From positions 2,336,001 through 2,400,000 of the forward strand of contig CBDBCF010000001.1 of NCBI GenBank assembly GCA_965202985.1: a DNA stretch of 64,000 nucleotides, written 5' to 3'. The first letter of the stretch is position 1. Every line of letters begins with the position of its first letter. The DNA comes from Longimicrobiales bacterium. GTDB taxonomy: Bacteria > Gemmatimonadota > Gemmatimonadetes > Longimicrobiales > Gaopeijiaceae. A program made the translations under genes and the position numbers. Below are positions 27,150 to 36,413 of the stretch, in pieces. Under the pieces are notes generated by a model. The model saw only the letters and a list, made by a program, of their open reading frames with translations, ran no database searches and was not told the origin of the DNA.

Positions 27150-29840
27150 TCAGTTGCCGAACGCTCGCCGGCGGAGCTGCCGTTCCAGGCGCTGGGCCGC
27201 GTAGCCCGCCAGCGGCTCCAGCAGGTCGGCCGCCAGGGCGGTTGCCGGGAGGTCGCCGCCGCGAGGGTTCAGGTCGTCCAGGAAGAAGGCGGCGGAGAAC
27301 CCCAGAGTGGGACCGGCGCCGGGCGACGTGCCGTTCTGTCCGGGGGTGGCGGACTCCAGCAGGCGCGTCGGCGGGACGCCCAGCACGCCCGCCTCGAGTG
27401 CCGACGCGACGGGACAGGCCGAGAACCAGTCGCGATGCAGGCGAGACGCTCGGCGGCCGGCTTCGGGGGGGACCACGAGCACGCCCAGCACCAGCACGGA
27501 TCCTTCCCGAGTCGCAGTCCGGTCGCGCAGGGGCACGGAGACGGCGGGAGTGCCCGTCTTGGCGAAGACGTACACGTCGTGGTCCTCGGCGCCGGGGACC
27601 GATCGGATCGCCGATTCGAAGCGCCGGACCGCCGGGACGATGCGGGCCGCTGTGCCGCCGGGGCCGGCCACCTGCTCCATGGCGTGGAGCACGCGACGAC
27701 GGGCGCCGGGGTGGAGCACGTCTTCCGGCAACGGTTCGGGCGCCTCGCGGGCGGTGCTGGAGCGGGGGTCCGCCACGATCCGGCCGCGCACGTCCCGGCC
27801 CGTCATCAGGCGCGCTGTGGCCTCGGCGAGCTGGAAGTTGCTCCAGCGCGAGTTCTCGCCGCCCAGCAGCAGGTTCACCCAGTCGCGGCGCAGCTCCTCG
27901 ATCGTGTTCAGCGCCAAGTTCGTGACCTGGGGCGACACGGCGGAGAAGCGAAGCGCCGTGTGCACCGGGTTGGCCGTGTCTCCGGCGGCCCGCAGCGTCT
28001 CGATCGGGCCGCGCCACAGGTCCAGCCGGTAGCGGCCGGCTCGGTAGGCGTCGTCCAGGCCGGCGGAGATGGCGGTCGAGGGCGTGCGGTCGCGGTAGAC
28101 GGCGCCGCCGGTCAGCCGCTCCAGGGGCAGAGCCGGGGCGAAGCGGTCGCCGACCAGGCGCAGGTCGCCGCATGTCCTGCCCGTGAAAGGGAGGTCGTCC
28201 GAGAGCACCAACCGGACCACTTGGTCGCAGAAGCGCACTTCGCGGCCGGGGGGCTCGGGGGCTGGGCTTGCCGAGTCGGCCTCGCCCGGACCGCTCGCAG
28301 GGCCTGCCGTGCCCGCTTCGCTCGCTTGGCTTGCCTCGCCAGTCGCACCTGCCGAGTCGGTCGCCTGCGCCGCGCCCACTGCGTCCGCTAAGCACTCGGC
28401 CAGTCCCCTGCCGCCCGCTCGGCACTCGGCCGCGTCCCCACCGCCGGCCGTGCTGGCCAACAACGCGACGGTGGCCACTTCCACCATGTACCGGTTGCAC
28501 GATGTGCGAAGGAACGCTTCCAGTCCCTCCCATCCGTCGTGTCCCGCGGACCCGTAGGGCACTGGCAGGGCGCACCCGAAGACGTCTTCGACGGGCGCGA
28601 CGGCGTGGGGCGAGATCTCCAGGTCCAGCAGAGCGGGGAAGGCGGTGGCGATCGACGCGGCCCAGAACGGCTTCAGCGCCGAGCCGCCGGGATGGAGGGC
28701 GAAGTTCTGGTTGCGCAGGTACCGGGAACGCAGGCGGCGGGCCAGGTGGCCGTAGTCGTCCAGGGTCGCTTCGCCGGGGCAAGTGGGCATCGCCAGCACG
28801 TCTCCGCCAAAGGCGTCCATCACCAGCGCCGACACGGCCCGAGGCCGACCGGGCAGGCGCTGCCGTTCGCACCAGCGGTCCACGACGGCCTGCGTCGCGG
28901 TCTCCAGGTCGCGGTCCAGGGTCAGCCGCACCTCCATGCGCGAGACGAGGCCGCCGTCTCGGGCCGAGGGCGTGGATTGCAGGCCGCCCTCCATCGCCTG
29001 GGCCAAGTCGCGCACGAAGGGCGTCAAGTGGGGGACCAGATGCCGTCTCTGGGCGCCGTTCCCCGGGGCCACGGCCGACACCAGGCCGGCCCGGTCCGAA
29101 CCGTCCACCAAGTATGTGAAGACCTGGCTCCGGTGCTCGAACTGCACCCAGTCTCCCGACTCCAGACGCGCGATGCGCCCCGGCGGCATGGCGAACCCGT
29201 TGAGCCGCAAGTGCGAAGGCGCGCCCACGTCGCGGCGGTCGGCCAGGACGGGTTCGTCGCCCACGAAGAACGCCTCCGCCAGCACCTCCGGGCTGCGCGG
29301 CGCCTGGAAGCGCAGGAACGCCGTGCGGGCCGAAGCCTCCCCCCGCGACAGGCTTGCCCGCTGGCTGCGTGTGGCGTCCAAGGCCTCCAAGGGGTGAACC
29401 ACGTTCAGGCGCTGATCCCGCCCGCCCCGGAAGGCAGCGCTTTGGCCGGCGCGCGCGAAGCGAACGGGCCCGGTCCAGCGGGGTACTCGGTTGTAGGGCA
29501 GGTCCACGCGGTGGTAGAAGGGGTCCACGCCCAGCAGGCGGCAGCCGTCCACCAGGAAGGGCGACCGGGCGGCGGACGGGTCGGCGTTGAAGCGGCGCAC
29601 GTCGGCGCGGAGGTAGCTGGAGCGGAAGAAGCGCTCGTCGGGGGTGCCGGGGGCCAGGCGGACGACGATGGAGTCACGGGCGCCGCAGCGCAGTTCCAGC
29701 CCGCCGTTGCCGACGATCGCGTTGGCTCGGCTGACGAAGCCTTCCGGCGCCCAGTATCCGGCCGGCTCTTCCTGAAGCGCCGCAACGACGATCAGGGCAG
29801 CCAGGCCAAGGGCGAGCCACCTCGCGGATCGCGTCGTCAT
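27150..29840 (-). CDS. Divergent penicillin-binding transpeptidase with an N-terminal anchor and an FHA-like domain
   Basis: N-terminal TM helix, LRLNG...LESGDWVQF (FHA-like), VRLTLDRDLE, LVMDAFGGDVLAM, SxxK (GSALKPF), SxN (TSCNRY) and KTG (FAKTGT). Confidence 0.8.
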   Translation of the reverse strand: MTTRSARWLALGLAALIVVAALQEEPAGYWAPEGFVSRANAIVGNGGLELRCGARDSIVVRLAPGTPDERFFRSSYLRADVRRFNADPSAARSPFLVDGCRLLGVDPFYHRVDLPYNRVPRWTGPVRFARAGQSAAFRGGRDQRLNVVHPLEALDATRSQRASLSRGEASARTAFLRFQAPRSPEVLAEAFFVGDEPVLADRRDVGAPSHLRLNGFAMPPGRIARLESGDWVQFEHRSQVFTYLVDGSDRAGLVSAVAPGNGAQRRHLVPHLTPFVRDLAQAMEGGLQSTPSARDGGLVSRMEVRLTLDRDLETATQAVVDRWCERQRLPGRPRAVSALVMDAFGGDVLAMPTCPGEATLDDYGHLARRLRSRYLRNQNFALHPGGSALKPFWAASIATAFPALLDLEISPHAVAPVEDVFGCALPVPYGSAGHDGWEGLEAFLRTSCNRYMVEVATVALLASTAGGGDAAECRAGGRGLAECLADAVGAAQATDSAGATGEASQASEAGTAGPASGPGEADSASPAPEPPGREVRFCDQVVRLVLSDDLPFTGRTCGDLRLVGDRFAPALPLERLTGGAVYRDRTPSTAISAGLDDAYRAGRYRLDLWRGPIETLRAAGDTANPVHTALRFSAVSPQVTNLALNTIEELRRDWVNLLLGGENSRWSNFQLAEATARLMTGRDVRGRIVADPRSSTAREAPEPLPEDVLHPGARRRVLHAMEQVAGPGGTAARIVPAVRRFESAIRSVPGAEDHDVYVFAKTGTPAVSVPLRDRTATREGSVLVLGVLVVPPEAGRRASRLHRDWFSACPVASALEAGVLGVPPTRLLESATPGQNGTSPGAGPTLGFSAAFFLDDLNPRGGDLPATALAADLLEPLAGYAAQRLERQLRRRAFGN

Positions 29841-32800
29841 CGGGCGCTCCCAGGAGTCGAGGCGTCCGAGCCCTTGGCCTGCGCCTGCGCCATCGCCGCC
29901 GCCGCCAAGCCCAGCACAGCTAGCGCTTCAAGGGTGTCGCCCAGGGAATCGAGGCCCAGCAGGTAGACGTTCTTGCCCGTGAACAGCGCCCAGCCGTAGT
30001 TGGCGAAGACCATGTAGACGCCGGCCCCCGAGAAGGTGAGGAGGGCCGTGGCCGACACGAAGCGGGCGCTGCCGGACCAGCGGTCGGCGGGCAGCAGCGG
30101 GCGAAGGACCGCCGCGAGAAGGGCCAGGAGTCCCAACGTGCCCGGCGTTCCCCACTGGCTGGCCAGCAACCCCGTGACCACATGCTCTCGGGTGGCGGTC
30201 GTGCGTATCTGGGGCGACACGCGGCCTTCCAGGAAGCCCTGTCCCCACCAGTTGCCGCGCGTGTACGAACGCATCGTCTCGCGCATGACGGCCAGGGCCT
30301 CGCTCCGGCTCTCGCCGATCAGCCGGAGCGCGTCGGGATCGCCTCGCTCCAGAAGCAGGAGCTCGTTCCGGCTCCACTCCTCCAAGCCGGACCTGGGCCC
30401 CTCCATGTCGGGCAGAATCGGGCGAAACAGGTCGGGGAATGCTTGCGGCACGACGAACAAGAACAGCGGGAGCGCACCGGCCAGCGCCAGCTTGCGGTCG
30501 GCGCCTCTGGGCCGCGGCCGACCGGCGGGGGCGTCCTCGACGAGGGCGTTCGCGCCCAGGGCGTCCTCCGCCAGGGCGTTCGCACCCGGGCCGTCCTTCG
30601 CCGGGCTGTCCTCGGCCAGGGCATTCGCGCCCGGGGCGTCCACCGTCGGGCCGTCCTCCGCCGTGGCGTTCTCCAGTCCTTGGGCCCGCGCCCACCACGC
30701 GCCGACCAGCGCAAGCACAAGCAACGGGCCTGGAAGTGTCGTGAAGGCGATTCCGAAGTCGGAGATCGCGGCGCTGGTTCCCACGTAGGCCAGACCCAGA
30801 AAGGCGCACAGGTCGCCAAGCGACTTGACGGCGCGGCGACGGTGCTCGTCGGGTGCTGCCTTGGCGACCCGCCGGTCGTGGGCCGCTGTCAGCAATGCGA
30901 AGGCGAACAGCGAGACCGGCGTGTGCAGCACCGAGAGGCCGACGCGGGTGCCGCCCACGGCGATCTGCTCCCGAAAGCCCGCCACCTCCAGCGCGACTCT
31001 GCCCAGCAGAATCGCAAGTCCCGCCGCCGCTCCCGGCCACTGGGCGGCCCAGCGCCCTACCACCGTCGGGAGCGCCTTGCCGATCCGGCGCAGCCCAGCG
31101 ATACACCGAGCCCAGAGCCGAACCCGGCGGTCGAATGGCGTCAGAGCAAAGGCCGCCGCGCCGCCGACCGCGACCAGGAGGACCATCGACTTGGCGGGAC
31201 TGGCCGGGAAGAGGGCCGAAGCCAAGAAGATCAGCGCCGCCGCCAGCCCTGCCGTGGCGATGTCGCTGCTGTTCTCGGCGGCCCAGTGCCCAAACGCGGC
31301 CGTTTTCGCGATCGACGCCGCGCCGATGTCGTTCTTGCCGGTGCCGCCTGCGGCTGAGACCTCGCCTTCGCGCTTTCGGCCAAGAGCGCACACGAAGAAC
31401 GGCAGCGCCGGGATCAGCCACAGGCCGATCTGATGGCCTTCGTCCACGAAGGGGTAGCGCGCCATGGCGGACGTGGAGAGCAGCAGGCGGACCGCGGCGA
31501 TGCCCAGCGCGGCAAGAGCCACTCCCCTCGCGGCGCCGGTGGTTTCGATCAGCGCGAAGGGGACGGCCGCCAGGAGAAAGAGGGCGGCCAGCAACAGCAT
31601 GAACGACCACGAGGCCGCCAGCCCGTCGATCCGCAGGAGCAGCCCCCTCTCGCCGTCGCTCAAGGTGAAGGGGCGTCCGGTGTCCCAGCGGGCTTGGCCC
31701 GACGGCGCCAGCAGCTCGAACCATCCGGCGGACGGGGCGCTGGGGAAGCGCAAGACCGCCTGCCCGGCCGCCACGAAGACGTTGGAGGGCGACACGAAGG
31801 TCAGACCTGTCGGCCCCTCCGGCACGGCGCCGACGGCCAGCCGGATCGGATGAAGCCTGGCGTCGCCCGGCCGCCCCGAAGCGAACGTCGAGACGGCGCG
31901 GCTCGCCGGAGGCAGATCGATCGTTGCGATCGAACGAACTTCGGACCGAACGCCCTGCACGGTGACCCACTCCTCGTCCACGCGGACGCCGAAGCTGCCG
32001 AGCGGCCTGGCCCCGTAGCGCTCTCCTGCGGCAAGCCCCGGCTCGGGGAAGTCGCGGTACGGCAATCCCGCCACGGTCACCCTTGGCCTGCGCCCGCGCT
32101 CCGTCCATGCGGAAGCGAGTTCGACCGGCGCCTTGGCCGCGCCGTCCGCCGAGGTCACGTGGACGGCCTCGTCCAGAACCGCCAGGCGCGCACCGCCCTC
32201 GTCGTCGTAGTAGAGGAAGGAGCGGAGCCCGGCCGGCGTCGGCCCGTTCAATCCCGCCGCGGCCGCCAGTTCGGCCAGCGGATAGGTGCGCTGGTAGACG
32301 CCGGGTCGGCGCGGGAAGAGGCCCAGCACGCCCGAGCCGTCGGGGTAGGGCACGACGACCGTTCTCGCGTCGGCGCTTCCGTCGTCGGCGCCCCCGTCGT
32401 CGGCGCTCGACCCGTCCGCATCCCCGCCGCCGGTCATGTGCACCAGCTCGTCGCGGGTTCCGCCGATCCCCGCCTTCTGGGCCAGGGAGACCTTCGACCG
32501 CGCGAAGGCGAACACTTCGTCGGGGCCGCCGTCGGGGGAGCCCACGCGAATCCGATCTCCCGGCGCCACGGCAACCGAGCCCAGCACGACATGGTCGGCG
32601 CCCCTCCACCGGCGAGGCGTTCGCACCACAGCTACGGCGGACGCCGCCGTCGGATCCGTCGCCCGCACCACGATGCCGCCCGCCGAGTCGCGCATCAGGA
32701 CCGCAACCGGATCGTTCCCGGCGCCCGGCAGGTAGTAGTCCGCCCGGTCGCGGTCGCCCGACACCTCGGCGACGACGCCTCCGCTGCGCGGCTGGAAGCG

Positions 32801-32977
32801 CTGGCCCAGCAGCTTGACTTGGTACGACGCCAGCCTGTCCCCATGAAACCAGATCGACCCGCCCGCCACGACGCCGATCGCCAGGACCCAGAGACAGGCG
32901 CGGCGACCCGGCGACGACCGGCGTGCCATCCACCCCGAACCGACGAGTGCGATCAGGCCCAGAAGCAGGACGCTCAT
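29837..32977 (-). CDS. Divergent SEDS (FtsW/RodA/SpoVE-like) polytopic membrane protein with a large soluble beta-rich/FHA-like domain
   Basis: Two N-terminal TMs, a soluble region of several hundred aa (VAPGDRIRVG), then many TMs with SDFG, RGNWWGQGF, REHV...QWG and GKNVYLLGLDS in SEDS-motif order. Directly upstream of a PBP. Confidence 0.65.
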   Translation of the reverse strand: MSVLLLGLIALVGSGWMARRSSPGRRACLWVLAIGVVAGGSIWFHGDRLASYQVKLLGQRFQPRSGGVVAEVSGDRDRADYYLPGAGNDPVAVLMRDSAGGIVVRATDPTAASAVAVVRTPRRWRGADHVVLGSVAVAPGDRIRVGSPDGGPDEVFAFARSKVSLAQKAGIGGTRDELVHMTGGGDADGSSADDGGADDGSADARTVVVPYPDGSGVLGLFPRRPGVYQRTYPLAELAAAAGLNGPTPAGLRSFLYYDDEGGARLAVLDEAVHVTSADGAAKAPVELASAWTERGRRPRVTVAGLPYRDFPEPGLAAGERYGARPLGSFGVRVDEEWVTVQGVRSEVRSIATIDLPPASRAVSTFASGRPGDARLHPIRLAVGAVPEGPTGLTFVSPSNVFVAAGQAVLRFPSAPSAGWFELLAPSGQARWDTGRPFTLSDGERGLLLRIDGLAASWSFMLLLAALFLLAAVPFALIETTGAARGVALAALGIAAVRLLLSTSAMARYPFVDEGHQIGLWLIPALPFFVCALGRKREGEVSAAGGTGKNDIGAASIAKTAAFGHWAAENSSDIATAGLAAALIFLASALFPASPAKSMVLLVAVGGAAAFALTPFDRRVRLWARCIAGLRRIGKALPTVVGRWAAQWPGAAAGLAILLGRVALEVAGFREQIAVGGTRVGLSVLHTPVSLFAFALLTAAHDRRVAKAAPDEHRRRAVKSLGDLCAFLGLAYVGTSAAISDFGIAFTTLPGPLLVLALVGAWWARAQGLENATAEDGPTVDAPGANALAEDSPAKDGPGANALAEDALGANALVEDAPAGRPRPRGADRKLALAGALPLFLFVVPQAFPDLFRPILPDMEGPRSGLEEWSRNELLLLERGDPDALRLIGESRSEALAVMRETMRSYTRGNWWGQGFLEGRVSPQIRTTATREHVVTGLLASQWGTPGTLGLLALLAAVLRPLLPADRWSGSARFVSATALLTFSGAGVYMVFANYGWALFTGKNVYLLGLDSLGDTLEALAVLGLAAAAMAQAQAKGSDASTPGSAR
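30532..30670 (-). repeat. In-frame degenerate tandem repeat (ANALAEDxPG-type) in a loop of the SEDS-like protein
   Basis: ATAEDGPTVDAPGANALAEDSPAKDGPGANALAEDALGANALVEDAPAG. Confidence 0.7.
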
Positions 32978-34995
32978 GGACTTGGGACCTCGTCTGCGTC
33001 CGCCCGGCGGCTGCTTCGGCGCTCGGCGGCCTCGTCGGCGTAGAAGTCGGTTCGCGTGAGCAGGAAGAACCGCCACCAGTTCACGAAGACCAGCACGGCC
33101 AGCGACATCCCGGCGGCGGCGCAGATCAGCAACGCCGCCACGGCCGCTACGGGCTGGTTCCTGGCGTGGTGGCGAAGTCGCCGACTCTGGGCTCGGACGC
33201 CGCTCTGGGACCGCACCAGCGGGGCCATGTCTTCGGCGCGGTACACGTCGGAGGGTCGAAGGCCCGCGTGGGCGACGGCGGACTCGGCCGTCCGCACGTA
33301 GTCCGCCGCGTCGCGAGCGCGGATGCTGGAGAAGGCGGCCCCGCGTCGGAGCTGTTCGACCAGCTGCTCGGCGATGTCGTGGAAGACGGCCTCCGTCCAC
33401 TCCGATGCGTAGGTGCACGCGGCGGTCGGATCGATCCCGGCGTTCAGGTCGGCGGGAACCGAGCCCCCGCAGAAGGCGCGGGCGTGATTTCGGGCCTCGT
33501 CCAGGATCGCGTCGACCTGCACGTCGGGGCCGCCCGAGAGTCCGGCGCTTCTTCCGCCCCCGGCCTCCAGCTGGCGCCGGCGCCGCTCGTAGCGCGCGAC
33601 CAGTCCGCCGTGAAGGAACGCTCCCGACCTCTCCAGCCAGCGCTCCCGAACCGCCTTCGCCACGGGTTCGGCGGCTCGCTCGGGACACCGGGCCTCCAGG
33701 CGCGCGAAGGTGTGAACGGCCACGGCCGCCCAGGCGCTGTCGGCGGTCGCCCGTCCATCTTGTCGCAGTCCGGCGGCGACTCCCGCCAGCATCTCGCACT
33801 GCTCTTCCTCGTCCAGCCCTAGTGCGCGCGTCCACTCCGGCTCGTCGAGCACGCGCCACGCCAGGACGGCCCTGCTCGCGGCCAGCCGAGGGTCGGGACG
33901 CAACCGGTTGTAGTGGTAGACCCGTTGCAGGTTGGACGCCGCCCAAAGGACATGCTCGGGGACCCGGCCCCTTTGCCGTCGGGGCTGGGCGGCGGCCTGC
34001 TGGGCGTACCGGAGAAGGGGCGCCAGCGGGTCGCCCGGGTCCATGTCGAAGCGGTGGCGAGCGACCTCTCCGGCCAGACGCTCGGGATCGCGGAAGTCGG
34101 GCGTCGCCATGTAGGCCGACACGAGCCCGGCGTAGGCGTCCAGCGAGGTGAGGCCGGGTTGCGCGGTACCGGAGCACGAGAGAGCGCCGGGCGGCAGGTC
34201 GGTTCGACGGTGGTGCCCCCCTGGGCGGGCGCCGCGAGAGCCGTCCAGCGCGTAGCTGACCGCGTTGAGGGCGCGGCGGAAGTGGGCGACGGCGTCGACC
34301 GGCCGACCTCGACCGTGAGCCGCCATGCCCGCTAGGTAGCGAGCGTGGAACGCCAGGATCACCAGCGTGCGCGGGGCGCCCCCGGCACGAGCCGCGCGAG
34401 CGGCATCGGACGCGTGCACCGTGGGCAAAGGCCCGCCCTGGGGCTGCACCAGCGGGATCGATTCCAATGCGCGGGCCGCGCCGGCCCAGTCCCCGCCGGC
34501 GCTCGCGGCTCGGGCCAAGGCGTAGAGCGCGATCGGTCGGGCGGCGGCCGACAGCCCCGGAATCCGGTTCTCGAGCGCCTCGACCGCGTTCGCCAACCCG
34601 GTGCGACCGTCGGCGCTCGCGGCCTGCTCGGCTTGGCGGATCGCCCTGTCCAGGTCCCGTGCCTCGTCCGCCCCGGTGCCGGGCCATCCGGCCGCGCACA
34701 GGAACGGAGGCAGCGGAGGAGCCAGCAGATCGTCGGCGCGACGGGCCATTCCGCCGCCCTCCAGCACCGCGAATCGCCACGACGCGTCCAGGGCGCGGTC
34801 CAGCCGAGGGGGCTGGTCCAGGAACCGGTACGCGCGGACCAGCGTGGTCTCCGGCGACGACGACCCGAGCAGCGACCGGCCCACCCAGGCGCACGCGACC
34901 AGCACCGCGGCGCACGCCCCCGCAAGCACCAGGCGCGCCCTACTGCCGGGCGCGGTCCGGCGGGCGCCGGCGCCGAAGAGCGTCGTCCAGCCCAC
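32974..34995 (-). CDS. Membrane protein with N- and C-terminal TM helices and a TPR-like helical domain
   Basis: RLVLAGACAAVLVACAWVG anchor, TPR-like ALYALARAASAGGDWAGAARALE and ARYLAGMAAHGRGRPVDAVAHFRRAL, C-terminal TM. Start is GTG 34995 or CTG 35001. Confidence 0.7.
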   Translation of the reverse strand: MGWTTLFGAGARRTAPGSRARLVLAGACAAVLVACAWVGRSLLGSSSPETTLVRAYRFLDQPPRLDRALDASWRFAVLEGGGMARRADDLLAPPLPPFLCAAGWPGTGADEARDLDRAIRQAEQAASADGRTGLANAVEALENRIPGLSAAARPIALYALARAASAGGDWAGAARALESIPLVQPQGGPLPTVHASDAARAARAGGAPRTLVILAFHARYLAGMAAHGRGRPVDAVAHFRRALNAVSYALDGSRGARPGGHHRRTDLPPGALSCSGTAQPGLTSLDAYAGLVSAYMATPDFRDPERLAGEVARHRFDMDPGDPLAPLLRYAQQAAAQPRRQRGRVPEHVLWAASNLQRVYHYNRLRPDPRLAASRAVLAWRVLDEPEWTRALGLDEEEQCEMLAGVAAGLRQDGRATADSAWAAVAVHTFARLEARCPERAAEPVAKAVRERWLERSGAFLHGGLVARYERRRRQLEAGGGRSAGLSGGPDVQVDAILDEARNHARAFCGGSVPADLNAGIDPTAACTYASEWTEAVFHDIAEQLVEQLRRGAAFSSIRARDAADYVRTAESAVAHAGLRPSDVYRAEDMAPLVRSQSGVRAQSRRLRHHARNQPVAAVAALLICAAAGMSLAVLVFVNWWRFFLLTRTDFYADEAAERRSSRRADADEVPSP

Positions 34996-34997
34996 TT

Positions 34998-36413
34998 TCA
35001 GCCCCTGTCCCCGTCGGGTCGCGGGGCGGCGCGGCCCAGGGCGTTCCATGCGTCGGGTCGGAGACGGCGGTCCAGCCGGATCGCCGCGGCCGAAGACAGC
35101 CCCGGCACCCTCCACGGATGGCGGGCCAAGAAGTCCACCACGCCTTCGCCCCCGATCAAGGAGTCCGTGCCCGGTTCCGCGTCGGCGGCAGCGTCCAGCG
35201 GGTCCGGGTCGGGGCTTCGGTCCTCCAGCGCTTGGCAGAACGACCACTTGAAGTACCGCACTTCGCGCTCCAGAAACTTCAGGAAGTCGGGAAAGTGGGC
35301 GGCGGCGGTCAGCAGGGGCTCCGACTCGCCCGGTCGCAGTCCGGCGGGCGTCCGATGTCCCAGCCGGGGCAGGTCGGGCGTGTGCAGGCGGTCCCGGGTG
35401 CGTCCGACGTACAGGTCGGCCTTGGAAAGCACGACCGCGACCGGCCGGTCGTACTTGGTGGGCGCCCGCTTGAAGGCGTCGTCCACCTGATTCCGCGTGG
35501 GAGGCCGGTTCCCTTTCAAGTCCAGCCGTCCCTTGCGCCGGAGCCGTTCGGCGAACCGCGCCACGACCGCGTACTTGAGCAGCATCTTGTGAGCGTTCAC
35601 CATGCGCTCGGCGGCCGCCTCCATCTCCCTGCGCTCGCCGGCGGGGGGCACGCGGCGGCGGGGGTCGTCTCCCGGGTTCCAGCCCGACCAGACCACGGGC
35701 AGCGCCATGAGGAACGCGATTCCGTCCAGCCGCTGGAGGACGGGCCAGAGGAAGGCCCCCATCAGCTCCGGCAGCTCCCGCTCGTAGTCCCCCAGCACCT
35801 GATAGTCCTCGCCGGCCATGTCCACCAGGACGTGATGGTCGCGCCTGCCGGGCAGGTAGTAGATGTTGACGTCCCCCCGCTCGGTCTTGTTGTAGTGCAG
35901 GTCGGCGCCCGGCCTGTCCGCGGCCCGCTCCCGGAGGCGGTCGGCGAGCGTCGTCTTGCCGTGGCGCGGCAGCCCCGCGATGCCGAAGAGCTTGCCCCGC
36001 CGCCGCCGACGGTGCTCCGCGAGCGCCTCGACGGCGGTGCCTGCAGCCGACCTGTCGGCGGACTGCACCCTCTTGCTGTGCAGGCCCGGCGAGGGTCGCG
36101 GGGGCGGGATCGCCGAGTCGTCCGGTTCTTGGCGTGTGCGCTCCTCGGGCGGGTCGTTGAGCGCGTCGCTGGGTGGCGGAGCGGAACGGCTCGGGGCTTC
36201 GGGCGTCGAGTCCGCCGGGGGGCGGGCGTCGTCCGATGGCGAATCCGCCGATGCAGGGGTGTCGTCCGGGGCCGAGGCGTCGTCCGCGGCCGAGGCGTCG
36301 TCCGGGGCCGAAGCGTCGTCCGCGGCCGAACCGCGGCCCGCCCTTTCCCGCATGACCTCCTTCCGCAGCCGCTTCAGGGTCTGCGCGACTTGTCTGCTGC
36401 GCTTCTCGCTCAT
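34998..36413 (-). CDS. TRAFAC-class GTPase (double-GTPase/DO-GTPase-like) with a low-complexity N-terminal linker
   Basis: G1 GLPRHGKTT, G2 KTERG, G3 LVDMAGE and G4 VLSKADL. ATG 36413 overlaps the upstream stop. Confidence 0.8.
   Translation of the reverse strand: MSEKRSRQVAQTLKRLRKEVMRERAGRGSAADDASAPDDASAADDASAPDDTPASADSPSDDARPPADSTPEAPSRSAPPPSDALNDPPEERTRQEPDDSAIPPPRPSPGLHSKRVQSADRSAAGTAVEALAEHRRRRRGKLFGIAGLPRHGKTTLADRLRERAADRPGADLHYNKTERGDVNIYYLPGRRDHHVLVDMAGEDYQVLGDYERELPELMGAFLWPVLQRLDGIAFLMALPVVWSGWNPGDDPRRRVPPAGERREMEAAAERMVNAHKMLLKYAVVARFAERLRRKGRLDLKGNRPPTRNQVDDAFKRAPTKYDRPVAVVLSKADLYVGRTRDRLHTPDLPRLGHRTPAGLRPGESEPLLTAAAHFPDFLKFLEREVRYFKWSFCQALEDRSPDPDPLDAAADAEPGTDSLIGGEGVVDFLARHPWRVPGLSSAAAIRLDRRLRPDAWNALGRAAPRPDGDRG
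36255..36328 (-). repeat. In-frame 18-nt tandem repeat (SAADDA/SAPDDA) in the GTPase linker
   Basis: About four GCGTCGTCCG(C/G)GGCCGA(A/G) units on the + strand. Confidence 0.75.
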
